39,438 nucleotides of DNA, taken from assembly GCA_026967815.1 (NCBI GenBank), contig JAPUUO010000003.1, positions 1 through 39,438 on the forward strand, in the 5' to 3' direction. The position numbers and the translations under genes are program-made. The notes under the pieces are model-generated. The model saw only the letters and a list, made by a program, of their open reading frames with translations, did not search any database and was not told the DNA's origin. This document shows, one piece after another, positions 17,616 to 27,686 of this stretch. Positions within the stretch are counted from its first letter, which is position 1, and each line of letters opens with the position of its first letter. Source of the stretch: Candidatus Bathyarchaeota archaeon. GTDB taxonomy: Archaea; Thermoproteota; Bathyarchaeia; Bathyarchaeales; Bathyarchaeaceae.

Positions 17616-18146
17616 ATGGTTTACAAAAGGGTTACGCTGAAGGATGGACACATTGTGATGCTTGATTGGCTTAAGAAGAGTGACTTGCCTGAACTTGTGC
17701 AAGTGCTCAACAGTGTTATCCGCGAGGGGGAATATCTCTTTATGAACAATGAGATAACGGATATGGAAGAGGAGAGAAGATGGTACGAGCGCGGTATAAA
17801 AAATGGAATGCTTTACTTGGTTGCAAGGGTAGGTGGGAAAATTGTTGGTGGGGCAAGCATTCATCCTCGTACTGACAAGCAGTCGCATGTTGTTGGATTC
17901 GGCATTTTCATTCAAGAAAGCTATCGCAACTTAGGACTAGGAACAAGACTGACACGTGAATTTGTCGAGATTGCAGGGAAACGTGGATTTGAGATTCTTC
18001 AGCTTTCCGTTTATTCCACGAACATGAGAGCCTTTCACGTTTACAGGAAATGCGGGTACAGGGAATGTGGCAGATTCACTAGAGATATCAAATTTCTTGA
18101 TGGAAAATATGCTGACAGAATATTAATGGAGCTTCTCCTGAATTAG
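17616..18146 (+). CDS. GNAT family N-acetyltransferase
   Basis: YRNLGLGTRL acetyl-CoA motif, L.V...N.RA..VY.KCGY. Confidence 0.9.
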   Translation: MVYKRVTLKDGHIVMLDWLKKSDLPELVQVLNSVIREGEYLFMNNEITDMEEERRWYERGIKNGMLYLVARVGGKIVGGASIHPRTDKQSHVVGFGIFIQESYRNLGLGTRLTREFVEIAGKRGFEILQLSVYSTNMRAFHVYRKCGYRECGRFTRDIKFLDGKYADRILMELLLN

Positions 18147-18235
18147 TGATGCGTGGGCTAGTCTAAACATGCAACGGGTGGGCTGTCTCTCGCGTTCTCA
18201 CCTTTTTTCATCAGGTACACGCTGTAACTCAATGG

Positions 18236-18586
18236 TTAGATCAAGATTTCTGCACTCATCTTTACCCTGCCGTTTTCGATGGGGATTCCCTCGCTCTCCA
18301 AGTGGCTCCTTCTTGATTCAGCGTCTCTTTTTTCTCCTCCGAATCCACCATCCGATTTAACAACACGATGACACGGAACTATTGGGGCCAGTGGATTCTT
18401 ATGCAGGGCATTACCGGCAGCCCGATACGCACGTGGTCTGCCGATTTTTTCGGCAATCCTCTTGTACGTACTCACCTTTCCTTTGGGAATTTTGAATGTG
18501 GCGACCAAAACTGCCTTTTCGAAGTCTGTCTTATTGCCCAACAAACTGATGACGTCTTTCTCGCTTTTGATGTCCACCTTTTTCAC
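18236..18586 (-). CDS. ogt: Methylated-DNA-protein-cysteine methyltransferase (single-domain MGMT)
   Basis: IPKGKVSTY, RAAGNAL, active-site VPCHRVV, LESEG. Confidence 0.9.
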   Translation of the reverse strand: MKKVDIKSEKDVISLLGNKTDFEKAVLVATFKIPKGKVSTYKRIAEKIGRPRAYRAAGNALHKNPLAPIVPCHRVVKSDGGFGGEKRDAESRRSHLESEGIPIENGRVKMSAEILI

Positions 18587-18792
18587 AATCTAACCTCCTT
18601 CTTAAAGCGCGGCCAACGTAAACCAAGTTTAGTTGAAATTTAAGCTTTGTCGCAAGCGAACAGTGTGTAAGGGAGTGAACTGGCAACAGAGGTCGACGTC
18701 TCTCGCCCAATACCAGCATTCCGAGCCAAAAATCCTTCACACATGTCAAATCTTAAGTATCCATTTCACAATCTAACGCTTGGAGTTGAAAT

Positions 18793-19470
18793 GTGATGTT
18801 CAGATCAAGTCATGTTGCAGTTTGGCTAGCTAGAAAACGAGAGAAAGAACTCATGAATCTCTGCAAAGCACACGCAGATAAAATCGTTGAAACCGTTGTC
18901 CATCTGAAACAGGTCGTCTACTCATTTTGTGACGACGATCAAGAAGGATTACAGAAAGGGTTCAACCTAGTTTTTGAGAAAGAACGTGAAGCTGACGAGA
19001 TTAAGCGGAAAATCCTCGAAGAGCTTTCTGCAGGACCTTTCCATCCAATTGACCGTGAAGAGGTTGTGAGATTTGTTTTGACCGCTGATGATGTGGCCGC
19101 TAATGCCAAGTCTGCTGCTAGGAAAATCCGTTCTTCCTCAATAAACGGAGTTTCACAGGAGATAAAGGAAGGGCTGAAGGGGCTTTCCGAAATGTTGATC
19201 AATATAGTCGACACAATGAGAGAGGCATTCACTAAACTCCTCAAAGATCCAAAAGGAGCAATTAAGATTGCGGACAAAGTGGAAAACATAGAGGAAGAGA
19301 TTGACGACTTCCGTGTTGAGCTGGTGGAAAAGATACTGAAACTCGGCAACACCACCAGAAGTTTGAGCGCGTGGCTTATGCTAAAGGAAGCCGTTGAAAA
19401 CATGGAGAATGTTGCTGACCGCTCGGAAGATGTGGCGGATGTCATAAGAAGCATAGCTATCCTTGGATAA
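18793..19470 (+). CDS. DUF47 / PhoU-like phosphate transport regulator
   Basis: EREADEIKR, PIDRE, D.VA, E.VADRSED; directly upstream of a PiT gene. Confidence 0.9.
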   Translation: MMFRSSHVAVWLARKREKELMNLCKAHADKIVETVVHLKQVVYSFCDDDQEGLQKGFNLVFEKEREADEIKRKILEELSAGPFHPIDREEVVRFVLTADDVAANAKSAARKIRSSSINGVSQEIKEGLKGLSEMLINIVDTMREAFTKLLKDPKGAIKIADKVENIEEEIDDFRVELVEKILKLGNTTRSLSAWLMLKEAVENMENVADRSEDVADVIRSIAILG

Positions 19471-19530
19471 GCGCAGATAAAAGGGAAATCGGAATCGTCC
19501 TGTCGAATCATTTCTGGGAACTAACGAACA

Positions 19531-20547
19531 ATGGACTCCACTTTTGTGCTTCTAGCTTTTGGACTGGCGCTATCTTTCTTCATGGCTTGGAACCTTGGAG
19601 CAAACGACGCGGCCACGCCGACAGACTGTGCAGTTGGCGCCGGTGTCATTTCAATTAAGAAAGCCGTGGTCTTGTTCGCGCTGTTTTCAACCATTGGAGC
19701 TCTCTCTCAAGGCTTCATGACCATCAAAACTATTGGAACCGGCATAGTCCCAAATATTGACGTTATCGGCGCGTTGACTATTACACTTGCCACATGCATA
19801 TGGGTTACATTTTGCACTTGGAAAGGCTTGGAAATCTCAAACACCTATTCAGTTGTCGGCAGTGTCATCGGCTATGGCATAGCGGTTTTCGGCAGCGTTG
19901 AATCCAGAATATTTGCAGAACTTCTCATCTCTTGGGTTTCATCCCCTATCTTAGCCATGGCATTGTCTTTCACGATCTACCATCTACTCTTGAAGGCTTT
20001 TCGAAACTCTCTAGACGACAATCGGTTCATCAAACTTCTCTCATTCTTGTTGATAGTCGCTCTATGCTTTTCCGCCTACACCTTTGGAGCAAACGACGTC
20101 GGAAACGCTTCCGGCGTCTACCTAACCGTCGCACAAGAAGTTGGAAACATCCCAAGCTTCACCGCAATGTTCATTCTAGCAGCCTTCGGATCTGTCGGCA
20201 TAGCCTTGGGAGGTCTAACGTGGGGACACAAAGTCATCGAAACTGTCTCCTTCAAGATCATTCGATTAGATGTTTTGTCAGGTTTTGCAGCTGAACTGGC
20301 GAATGGACTTATAGTTTATTTATTCGTGACTTTACCCTACTTGTTTCTCGGGTTTGGCCTACCAGTTTCAACTTCCATCGCAGGTGTCGGCGCAATTATA
20401 GGCGTTGGAATTGCCAAAGACTTTAGAGCTATTAACAAATCTACTGTAGGCCGACTCTTGGTAACATGGGCGTTAACTGTTCCAGCGACAGCCGCTCTCA
20501 GCATAGTGCTCTATAAATCCGTTTCTCTTATCATAACAGCCGTCTAG
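19531..20547 (+). CDS. Inorganic phosphate transporter, PiT family
   Basis: Two GAND motifs (GANDAA, GANDVGN), GLPVSTS. Confidence 0.93.
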   Translation: MDSTFVLLAFGLALSFFMAWNLGANDAATPTDCAVGAGVISIKKAVVLFALFSTIGALSQGFMTIKTIGTGIVPNIDVIGALTITLATCIWVTFCTWKGLEISNTYSVVGSVIGYGIAVFGSVESRIFAELLISWVSSPILAMALSFTIYHLLLKAFRNSLDDNRFIKLLSFLLIVALCFSAYTFGANDVGNASGVYLTVAQEVGNIPSFTAMFILAAFGSVGIALGGLTWGHKVIETVSFKIIRLDVLSGFAAELANGLIVYLFVTLPYLFLGFGLPVSTSIAGVGAIIGVGIAKDFRAINKSTVGRLLVTWALTVPATAALSIVLYKSVSLIITAV

Positions 20548-20665
20548 CGTTGTGCGTACCCGAGAAACAAGAAGAGCCATTGTACGTACATAATGTAGTA
20601 AGTGCACGCGCGTTTGCATCAACTGCATTCAGAAGAACTGGCTGAAGACCTGCTTCTTATTAAAT

Positions 20666-21196
20666 CTAAGGAGCGTATGGTAGCACTACTGCGTCTATGA
20701 CGTGAATGACACCGTTCGCCGCTTCAACGTCTGTGACGACAATGTCTGCCTGGCGACCCAAGTTATCCGTAAGTGTGCCACCGTTTTGGAAAAGGAAACT
20801 CTTCAGCATGGTACGGATACGTTCTGACCCGATTACGGCACTTGAATATCGCCGACCACGAGCAACATGATACAGCAAGATTTCAGTCAACACGGCTTGG
20901 GGCAGAGTACCTACATTGGTTTCGTCTAGATCAAGCTCGGCAAAAGCATCGTCAGTCGGTGCAAAGACTGTGAATTGTCCATTACCTGAAAGAGTTTTCA
21001 CTATTGCAGGATCAGCGGCAAGAACAGCAGCGATTAGTGTGTCAAACTGCCCGGCGAATGGACCGTCACTGTTGACAGCAATTGCCACGTCAACGATTGT
21101 TGGACCAGGCGGCGCAGCCACGGCTACCAGAACTGGGTAGAGACCGGTTATGAGTATCAGCAGAACAAGTGCATGACTCTTTCTCAAGAATATCAC
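20666..21196 (-). CDS. Secreted fasciclin (FAS1) domain protein
   Basis: Signal peptide; H1 FTVFAPTDDAF, ILLYHV, H2 ANGVIHVIDAVVLP. Confidence 0.93.
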   Translation of the reverse strand: MIFLRKSHALVLLILITGLYPVLVAVAAPPGPTIVDVAIAVNSDGPFAGQFDTLIAAVLAADPAIVKTLSGNGQFTVFAPTDDAFAELDLDETNVGTLPQAVLTEILLYHVARGRRYSSAVIGSERIRTMLKSFLFQNGGTLTDNLGRQADIVVTDVEAANGVIHVIDAVVLPYAP

Positions 21197-21339
21197 CCCC
21201 TTTTGTTCCGTGTGTTCACGATTCGATACTATACCCGTGTCCTAGCATCACAGTTTTAAGTGTATGTGACTGTTGTGCAACAGCTACACTTGGCATGCGA
21301 AGAGGCTTGTGAAGCTAAAAAGCTAGGCCACGCGCGCGC

Positions 21340-21363
21340 AAGCTGTTCCAGAAACGTAAATAG
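21340..21363 (+). pseudogene. Possible integrase C-terminal remnant (KLFQKRK*)
   Basis: Follows CG tract 21331-21339 and ends 35 nt from the tRNA-Phe 3' end; ends CGTAAATAG like 33890-33898. Confidence 0.4.
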
Positions 21364-21397
21364 AGCTGTGTCGTGGGCTTATGCCAAAATAATGGTG

Positions 21398-21499
21398 TGG
21401 TGCCGAGGGCCAGATTTGAACCGGCGACAACCCGGTCTTCAGCTTCACCCTCAAACAAACGTTCGAGTCGGGTGCTCTCCCAGGCTGAGCTACCTCGGC
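21398..21499 (-). tRNA. tRNA-Phe(GAA) with 25-nt non-canonical intron at 30/31 (21444-21468), encoded CCA
   Basis: GCCGAGG acceptor; removing ACTCGAACGTTTGTTTGAGGGTGAA restores CCCGG-CT-GAA-GA-CCGGG; strict BHB with CACC/GGTG helix and CG|A, AA|G bulges. Confidence 0.93.
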
Positions 21500-21791
21500 A
21501 TGCTATCAAGATTGAAATGCTATTTACATTTTTAAGTTTTCGGAAACACCTGAAAAAGTCAACTTAGCAGAGCCTAACTGTCCTCCTTTTTTCATCGGAC
21601 TATAGCTCTGGAAGGGATGTAAAGCTGTTCCTTTCTCTCTCCTCTATTCTTATTACCAGAATCATATTTGTTCCTTATGGAGATATCTTCTAGAAACTAG
21701 AACCATTAAATATGGGAAAAGGACACGTTGAAGTTCCACTGCTTAAAGACATCGTGCGAGCTTTAGCCGTAGCCAAGCAGTTTATAACTAA

Positions 21792-23021
21792 GTGATGAAA
21801 GGAAGCATTATCATGAGGGCTTTCGGAAGGCATCTGCGTGTGTTTCGCCTTAAATACTGGGCATCATGGCTTCCAAACTCTTTGTTTACCGCTTTGAATA
21901 AAGATCTTAAGCTGATTTTTGTATCCAACTTCATAGGTGCTTTTGGCGATGGTCTTTACGCGTACATATGGCCACTCTACATTAGGGAACTTGGAGCTGA
22001 TCCGTCTGAGGTAGGCGTAGTTTTCTCGGTGCTCTTCTTTGTTGCAGCATTAACACCGCTTCCAGGAGGGATTCTAGCGGATAAGTATGATCGGAAGAAA
22101 CTCATGATTCTAGGCTGGTTACTTTGGATACCTATTCCGCTAGTATTCTCTGCAGCAGAACACTGGACTCACATGTTGCCAGGAGCGGCTCTTTACGGAA
22201 TTATGCTCAGCGGACCCGCAACCAGCGCTTATATCGCCACTGTAGCTCATAAAAAAAAGATGACGCAAACCTTCACTCTGATTTCGGCTGCTTGGTGGCT
22301 TGGCTACATTTTCTCGCCAGCCATAGGCGGTTATCTCTCATCAACCGTGGGAATGAAATGGGTATTCAATTTGTCTTTCTTTTTTTTCGTTTTGGCCACA
22401 GTTCTTCTCTTATTTATCAGTAGTCAGTTTACGCTTTCCGATTCAAGACGGGAGGCATCTGGCATTCCAAATAGGCGCAGGAAGATACTTCTCTGGTCAG
22501 CCTTCTTTGCTGCAGTATTCTTTGTCACGATTCTGTTTCGACCATATGTTCCTCAGTTTTTCCAAGACGTGTTGTTCTTTGACAAATTTCAAATCGGAAT
22601 CCTAGGTTCTGTCACATTTCTTGGTTCAGCCATTCTGTCTGTGGCTCTCGGAAAACTAGGTGACAAATGGGGAAAAGCAAACGCCGTGTTTGTCTCTTTG
22701 ATTCTCTGCTTTCTTGCACTTAGCTTTCTAGTGTCCTTAAGCAACTTCTTCTTGTTGAGTTTTGCCTCTTTTATGATTGGCGCGTCATATCCCCTCTGGT
22801 CGCTAATGGGCGCAGTTATAAGTTCGATTGCTCCCAGCCCGTCTCGAGGGCGCTGGATATCTGTTGCTCAAACCATGTCCTTGTTGGCAGCTTTTTTCGC
22901 GCCTTACCTAGGAGGTCTTTTATACGACTCCTCGCCCGACAAACCATTCCTAATCGCAATCGTAGCGACATCGATACTCTCCGTTTTAGCTCTTACCAAA
23001 CCACTAAAAGACAAAAACTGA
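21792..23021 (+). CDS. MFS transporter
   Basis: GGILADKYDRKK and GKLGDKWGK motifs, about 12 TM; start uncertain. Confidence 0.9.
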   Translation: MMKGSIIMRAFGRHLRVFRLKYWASWLPNSLFTALNKDLKLIFVSNFIGAFGDGLYAYIWPLYIRELGADPSEVGVVFSVLFFVAALTPLPGGILADKYDRKKLMILGWLLWIPIPLVFSAAEHWTHMLPGAALYGIMLSGPATSAYIATVAHKKKMTQTFTLISAAWWLGYIFSPAIGGYLSSTVGMKWVFNLSFFFFVLATVLLLFISSQFTLSDSRREASGIPNRRRKILLWSAFFAAVFFVTILFRPYVPQFFQDVLFFDKFQIGILGSVTFLGSAILSVALGKLGDKWGKANAVFVSLILCFLALSFLVSLSNFFLLSFASFMIGASYPLWSLMGAVISSIAPSPSRGRWISVAQTMSLLAAFFAPYLGGLLYDSSPDKPFLIAIVATSILSVLALTKPLKDKN

Positions 23022-23121
23022 CCACAATCCACATCTTAGTTTCATCATCCGAACAACCTCAGGAAGACATAAGATAATTTATGGACGAATGTACTTGCAC
23101 ACGCAAATACAGAAAAGATTC

Positions 23122-23199
23122 TGGTGGGCCGGGCCGGATTTGAACCGGCGATCTTCGCCGCGTGAGGGCGACGTCTTAGCCAAGCTGGACTACCGGCCC
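23122..23199 (-). tRNA. tRNA-Val(CAC), intronless, encoded CCA
   Basis: GGGCCGG acceptor, TCGCC-CT-CAC-GC-GGCGA anticodon arm, GCCGGTTCAAATCCGGC T-arm. Confidence 0.95.
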
Positions 23200-23338
23200 T
23201 CTTCGTCAACGTTTAAACGAGAAGTATAAGCCCTTAATTATTTTTCGTGCATCTCAGTGCGTTTCATATTATAGCTTTTTTTCTTAGGAAGGCGTCATAC
23301 GGTTAAAAGTGATTTGATAGGCTGGATTGAACGCTGGT

Positions 23339-23500
23339 CTATCGAACAAGTTCCCGTTTTTTCCAGCGCAAGTTTTTACTGTGGCACTTTCGGCATTTGG
23401 TTGCTGAAGGCGCGTTTCGGACACCACACTCGCGGCAAATCTTCATGTAGAGCCTATGTTTCTGAGCAATTGTCTTCTTGAAAGGGTCAGTGATTGGCAC
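23339..23500 (-). CDS. rpl40e: 50S ribosomal protein eL40 (53 aa, missed by the ORF track)
   Basis: Hand translation MPITDPFKKTIAQKHRLYMKICRECGVRNAPSATKCRKCHSKNLRWKKRELVR*. Confidence 0.95.
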   Translation of the reverse strand: MPITDPFKKTIAQKHRLYMKICRECGVRNAPSATKCRKCHSKNLRWKKRELVR

Positions 23501-23544
23501 AGTTTGCTATCTCCATTTTGATTGTTAGCTACCTTTCCACTCAA

Positions 23545-24438
23545 CTAAATATACTTTTCTTTCATTAAGCGTTGACTCAAGATTTTCGCGACTTCGCTGG
23601 GCATTTCCGCCACTTGCACGCCGGCCTTTGAAAAGGCTTCTATTTTGCTCCTTGCGGTTCCAGTTCGACCCATAACAATTGCACCCGCGTGACCCATTCT
23701 TTTTCCAGGAGGCGCCGTTCTTCCAGCAACATAGGCAACTACAGGCTTTTCATATCCTTCGGTTGCGATAAACGCTGCTGCCAGCTCTTCCAAGTTGCCT
23801 CCAATCTCGCCTATCAAGGCAACAGCCTTTGTTTGATCGTTTTTTCCAAACTGTTTCAAGGTTTCTACAAAGCTTAACCCTATGATTGGGTCGCCTCCCA
23901 ACCCTATGCAAGTTGATTGCCCCAAATCTGCAACAGTGATTCCAGCCGCAATTTCGTAGGTCAAAGTTCCACTTCTTGAGGCTATGCCCACTATGCCACG
24001 CTCAAAAACATGTGCCGGCATGATTCCGAGCTTGCATTCACCTGGCACAATTATTCCGGGTGTGTTAGGACCAATTACAATTGTGCCAAGTTGTTTTGCC
24101 TTCGCCATCACTCGTATAGCATCTTTAATTGGAATGTGCTCAGTTATCATAACGATGGTTTTCAAGTTGGCTTCCATGGCTTCGAAGGCTGCTTCCGCCG
24201 CAAACGGGGCTGGGACAAAGATTATTGACGCATTTGCGTTATGTTTTTCTGCTGCTTCTTTCACCGTGTCATAAACGGGCACATCATGAACCTTTGTTCC
24301 TCCTTTACCAGGTGTAACTCCGGCCACTATTTTGGTTCCATAATCAAGCATGAGTCTTGTGTGAAAGCTGCCTTGCTCTCCTGTTATGGCCTGCACAATC
24401 GCACGTGTTTGTTTATCAACGAATATACCCATATCCAT
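23545..24438 (-). CDS. sucD: Succinyl-CoA synthetase alpha subunit
   Basis: GVTPGKGG, IGPNTPG, SRSGTLTYE, GEIGG, phospho-His motif KRMGHAGA. Confidence 0.95.
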   Translation of the reverse strand: MDMGIFVDKQTRAIVQAITGEQGSFHTRLMLDYGTKIVAGVTPGKGGTKVHDVPVYDTVKEAAEKHNANASIIFVPAPFAAEAAFEAMEANLKTIVMITEHIPIKDAIRVMAKAKQLGTIVIGPNTPGIIVPGECKLGIMPAHVFERGIVGIASRSGTLTYEIAAGITVADLGQSTCIGLGGDPIIGLSFVETLKQFGKNDQTKAVALIGEIGGNLEELAAAFIATEGYEKPVVAYVAGRTAPPGKRMGHAGAIVMGRTGTARSKIEAFSKAGVQVAEMPSEVAKILSQRLMKEKYI

Positions 24439-25585
24439 TGCTTCCTCCCGCCTTTGCCATTTCCACGACTTTTTCAGCAGCTTCTTCCATGCTGCTCAAA
24501 ACGTGAATTCCAGCCTCTGTAAGAATGTGTCTCCCCTCTTCTTCGTTGGTTCCCACAAGTCTTATTACAATGGGCTTGGCGAAGCCGACTTGCTTTCTCA
24601 CTTCTAAAACGCCTTTAGCTATTTCATCGCATCGAGTGATGCCGCCCAAAACATTGATGAAAACAGCGTTGACTCTGGTATCAGATAAAACTATTTTGAG
24701 TGACGCGGACATCTTTTCTGCTGAGGCACCTCCGCCGACATCTAAGAAGTTGGCTGGGTTTCCACCATATAATTGAATTGTGTCCAACGTTGCCATTACC
24801 AAGCCAGCGCCGTTTCCTACTATGCCAATGTTTCCGTCGAGCTTGACGTATGCTAATCCTCTTTTTTGAGCTTCACGTTCTTGCGGGGTGAGTTTAGTTT
24901 CTTCTTCAGTAACTCGATTTTCGAATTCACGATGTCTATAAAATGCATTGTCATCTATGATAAGTCGCGTGTCAGCGGCAGCAAACTCTTGGTTAGTCTT
25001 CTCTATGAGGGGATTCATTTCAGCCAGTTCTACGTCATAGTCAGTTGCTAACTTATAGACCTTGAAAAAGGTCGAGGCTAAACTTAGCATCTGTTTCCCA
25101 GCGTATCCGATTCTTCCGGCTACTTGGCGTGCATGATAAGGTTGAAACCCATAAATGGGATTTATAAAAACCTTAACTACTTTTTCAGGCATTCTAGTAG
25201 CGACTTCCTCGATTTCCATGCCGCCTTCGGATGAAGCTACGGCTACATAACAACGCAGAGCACGATCTACGGTAATTCCAAAATACAATTCATTTTTCGC
25301 AGTAATTCTTTCTTCAACCAAGACACTAGGAACTCTTACACCTTTTATTTCGACGCCTAAAAGTTTCTCGGCGGCCAGTTCAGCTTCTTTCGGAGTATCC
25401 GCGAAGAGGATTCCCCCTGCTTTTCCTCTTCCAGCCACGAGAATCTGAGCCTTTACCATAACTGGAACGTTGAGTTTAGCTGCAACTTCTCTGGCTTCTG
25501 CTGGTGTGGTGGCTATTTCTCCTTTTGGAATTGGTATTCCATATTTGGCGAAGATTTTTTTCGCTTCATATTCAAAAAGCTTCAA
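24416..25585 (-). CDS. sucC: Succinyl-CoA synthetase beta subunit
   Basis: MKLFEYEAK, KAQ...GRGKAGG, EGGMEIE, GNGAGLVMATLD, NFLDVGGG, GGITRCD, RLVGTN. Confidence 0.95.
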   Translation of the reverse strand: MKLFEYEAKKIFAKYGIPIPKGEIATTPAEAREVAAKLNVPVMVKAQILVAGRGKAGGILFADTPKEAELAAEKLLGVEIKGVRVPSVLVEERITAKNELYFGITVDRALRCYVAVASSEGGMEIEEVATRMPEKVVKVFINPIYGFQPYHARQVAGRIGYAGKQMLSLASTFFKVYKLATDYDVELAEMNPLIEKTNQEFAAADTRLIIDDNAFYRHREFENRVTEEETKLTPQEREAQKRGLAYVKLDGNIGIVGNGAGLVMATLDTIQLYGGNPANFLDVGGGASAEKMSASLKIVLSDTRVNAVFINVLGGITRCDEIAKGVLEVRKQVGFAKPIVIRLVGTNEEEGRHILTEAGIHVLSSMEEAAEKVVEMAKAGGSNGYGYIR

Positions 25586-25607
25586 CTTGCAAATGATCTC
25601 CTTTAGG

Positions 25608-26081
25608 TTACTTCAAGGTCTGTATGGTAACGTATGATTTTGTCTCTTGTATTCCTTCTACTGCTGCGAGCTTTTTGAGGGTTTCATCGAGTTTCCCTTG
25701 TTCTATCATAAGGATTGCATCCATGTCCCCTGTTACTCTAAAGATCCGTTCAATTGGCAACTTCGACACCTGCCGGTAAGCTTCTCCTCGCCGTAGCGGA
25801 GAGACTTTGACAAAAACGAACGCTGGGTCAACTGAGATTCCGAGTGTTTTCAATCCCTTTTCTGTTACGTCGATGAATCCTCTTCCTGTACGAATGTGTC
25901 TGCCATCACGTAGCTTGCGTAAATGCACGTTTAATGCCTGTCGGCTTATACTGAGTTGTTGTGCCAGTTCGCTTTGCTTCAGTTTTATTGTGTATGTGGT
26001 AGCTGGTTTCCCTTTTCGATATAGCATATGAAGCAGTTTGAGCGGTTTTCCTGTTGGGATTTCGGTTGTCATGGCTATCAC
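25608..26081 (-). CDS. Lrp/AsnC-family transcriptional regulator
   Basis: HTH QSELAQQLSISRQALNVHLRKL; RAM-like C-terminus RVTGDMD. Confidence 0.82.
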   Translation of the reverse strand: MIAMTTEIPTGKPLKLLHMLYRKGKPATTYTIKLKQSELAQQLSISRQALNVHLRKLRDGRHIRTGRGFIDVTEKGLKTLGISVDPAFVFVKVSPLRRGEAYRQVSKLPIERIFRVTGDMDAILMIEQGKLDETLKKLAAVEGIQETKSYVTIQTLK

Positions 26082-26281
26082 CAGTTTGTATATGGTTAAT
26101 TTCTTGTTTACATAAGTAAAGGCATATATAGCCTTTGCTTTTTATGCACACGCATTCATAGTATGAGATAAACCTGCACTATGCACAGAACCTCAACAGT
26201 TATAAAACAGAAAAACTTCTTACTTGTAGCCAAAAGCAACATAGAAAACCATAGAACCTGAAACATGGAGTGTACAATGAG

Positions 26282-26560
26282 ATGTCAGAGAGCAACTCTG
26301 TCTTGATTGGAAGAAAACCTGCAATGAACTATGTACTGGCTTGCATAACCCTTTTCCACGGCGGAACAAAAGAAGTGAACGTGAAAGCAAGAGGAAGAGC
26401 CATCAGCCATGCAGTCGATGTTGTTGAAATCGTAAGGCGACGGTTCCTGCCTGACGTGAAAGTCAAAACCATTGACATCGGCACCCAGCAAATGCCTCCA
26501 AGAGAAGAGGGAGGTATGCCAAGCAACGTCAGCACAATAGTGATATCACTGGCCCAATAG
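26282..26560 (+). CDS. albA: DNA/RNA-binding protein Alba
   Basis: [38 protein letters not shown]; start ATG 26282 preferred. Confidence 0.95.
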   Translation: MSESNSVLIGRKPAMNYVLACITLFHGGTKEVNVKARGRAISHAVDVVEIVRRRFLPDVKVKTIDIGTQQMPPREEGGMPSNVSTIVISLAQ

Positions 26561-26590
26561 AAGTGCAGCGACCCACAAAGATCCGCCTCC

Positions 26591-26603
26591 CATTATTTTT
26601 TTT
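26591..26603 (+). terminator. Oligo-T terminator candidate of alba
   Basis: T8 at 26596-26603, 36 nt after the stop. Confidence 0.5.
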
Positions 26604-26764
26604 CGACTGGCTAGTCTCTGATTTGGTTTGTTAACAAAGTCTCTATTTGGGACACAAAAGGAGTGCAACATCGAATTTTAGGATATATATGATGTATAAG
26701 CTCTGACTCTTATTTCAATAACTTAACAACACGCGTATATTTGAGTCGGTTTCCAGACAAGAAA

Positions 26765-27670
26765 TTATTGGCGTTCACAAACCTCTCGTGTGTCAACTAC
26801 TCTGTTTTCCAAAATGCCTATCTTTTCGATTTCTACTTTTACAATGTCACCACATTTCAGGAATCTTGGTGCAGGTTTTAGAGCAAATCCTACACCTGCA
26901 GGTGTTCCCGTTGCTATTATGTCGCACGGTTCCAATGTCATTACTCGACTTAGATGGTGCACTATCTCGTAAACGTTGAAAACCATGTTTTTTGTCGTTG
27001 AATCTTGTCGAAGTTCATTATTTACCCACGTGCGGATGGTGAGGTCAGATGTCTCTTCCAGTTGGTTTCTTGTTGTTATGCATGGACCTAGTGGAGCAAA
27101 GGTGTCAAAGCTTTTTCCTCTAGTCCACTGCTTATCTTTAAACTGTATATCTCGAGCTGAGACATCATTCAGAATAGTGTAACCGAAAATATATGATTCT
27201 GCCTTTGAAACCGAAATGTTTTTGGCTTTTTTCCCTATTACTATTGCGAGTTCGCCTTCATAGTCCAACCGTTCTACAAAACTTGGCTTAACTATGTTTT
27301 GATGCGGACCCACTATTGCTGTTCGAGGTTTAAAGAAAATTATAGGTTCATCAGGTATTGCAGCGTTTTGTTCAGCAGCGTGGTCTCGATAGTTTAAGCC
27401 TAGGCAGATGATTTTGGGAGGAGAAACTATCGGTGCCAACAATCGGACTTCATCGAGCTTACAGGTTGCGTTTCCAGTGTCTCTTTCTGCGAGCTTGAGT
27501 ATTCTCTCTGCTGTTTCCAAGTTGTTTGCTTCAGATGCTATGAAGTTATCTAAGCTTTCAGGAATTTTCGTTTTCAGTTTTTTAGCTAACAGCGGAAGAG
27601 GGACTATTGCATCTTCTAGGAGTACACCATATTGACTTTCTTCTCCCTTTTGATATCGAACAAGTTTCAC
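26765..27670 (-). CDS. Fumarylacetoacetate hydrolase family protein
   Basis: KIICLGLNY, DYEGEL, NDVSARD, W..GKSFDTF.P.GP, DIIATGTP.GVG. Confidence 0.93.
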   Translation of the reverse strand: MKLVRYQKGEESQYGVLLEDAIVPLPLLAKKLKTKIPESLDNFIASEANNLETAERILKLAERDTGNATCKLDEVRLLAPIVSPPKIICLGLNYRDHAAEQNAAIPDEPIIFFKPRTAIVGPHQNIVKPSFVERLDYEGELAIVIGKKAKNISVSKAESYIFGYTILNDVSARDIQFKDKQWTRGKSFDTFAPLGPCITTRNQLEETSDLTIRTWVNNELRQDSTTKNMVFNVYEIVHHLSRVMTLEPCDIIATGTPAGVGFALKPAPRFLKCGDIVKVEIEKIGILENRVVDTREVCERQ

Positions 27671-27686
27671 TTGTTATGCAACTCTT

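Noticed and set aside
18939-19511. Long antisense ORFs (also 8500..8931, 6833..7168, 30926..31228 and similar)
   Set aside because: Fully overlap well-supported genes on the opposite strand; typical codon-bias shadows.
26620-26760. LGHK...IY integrase catalytic-motif remnant between alba and the FAH gene
   Set aside because: Match is only a few residues and could be chance.
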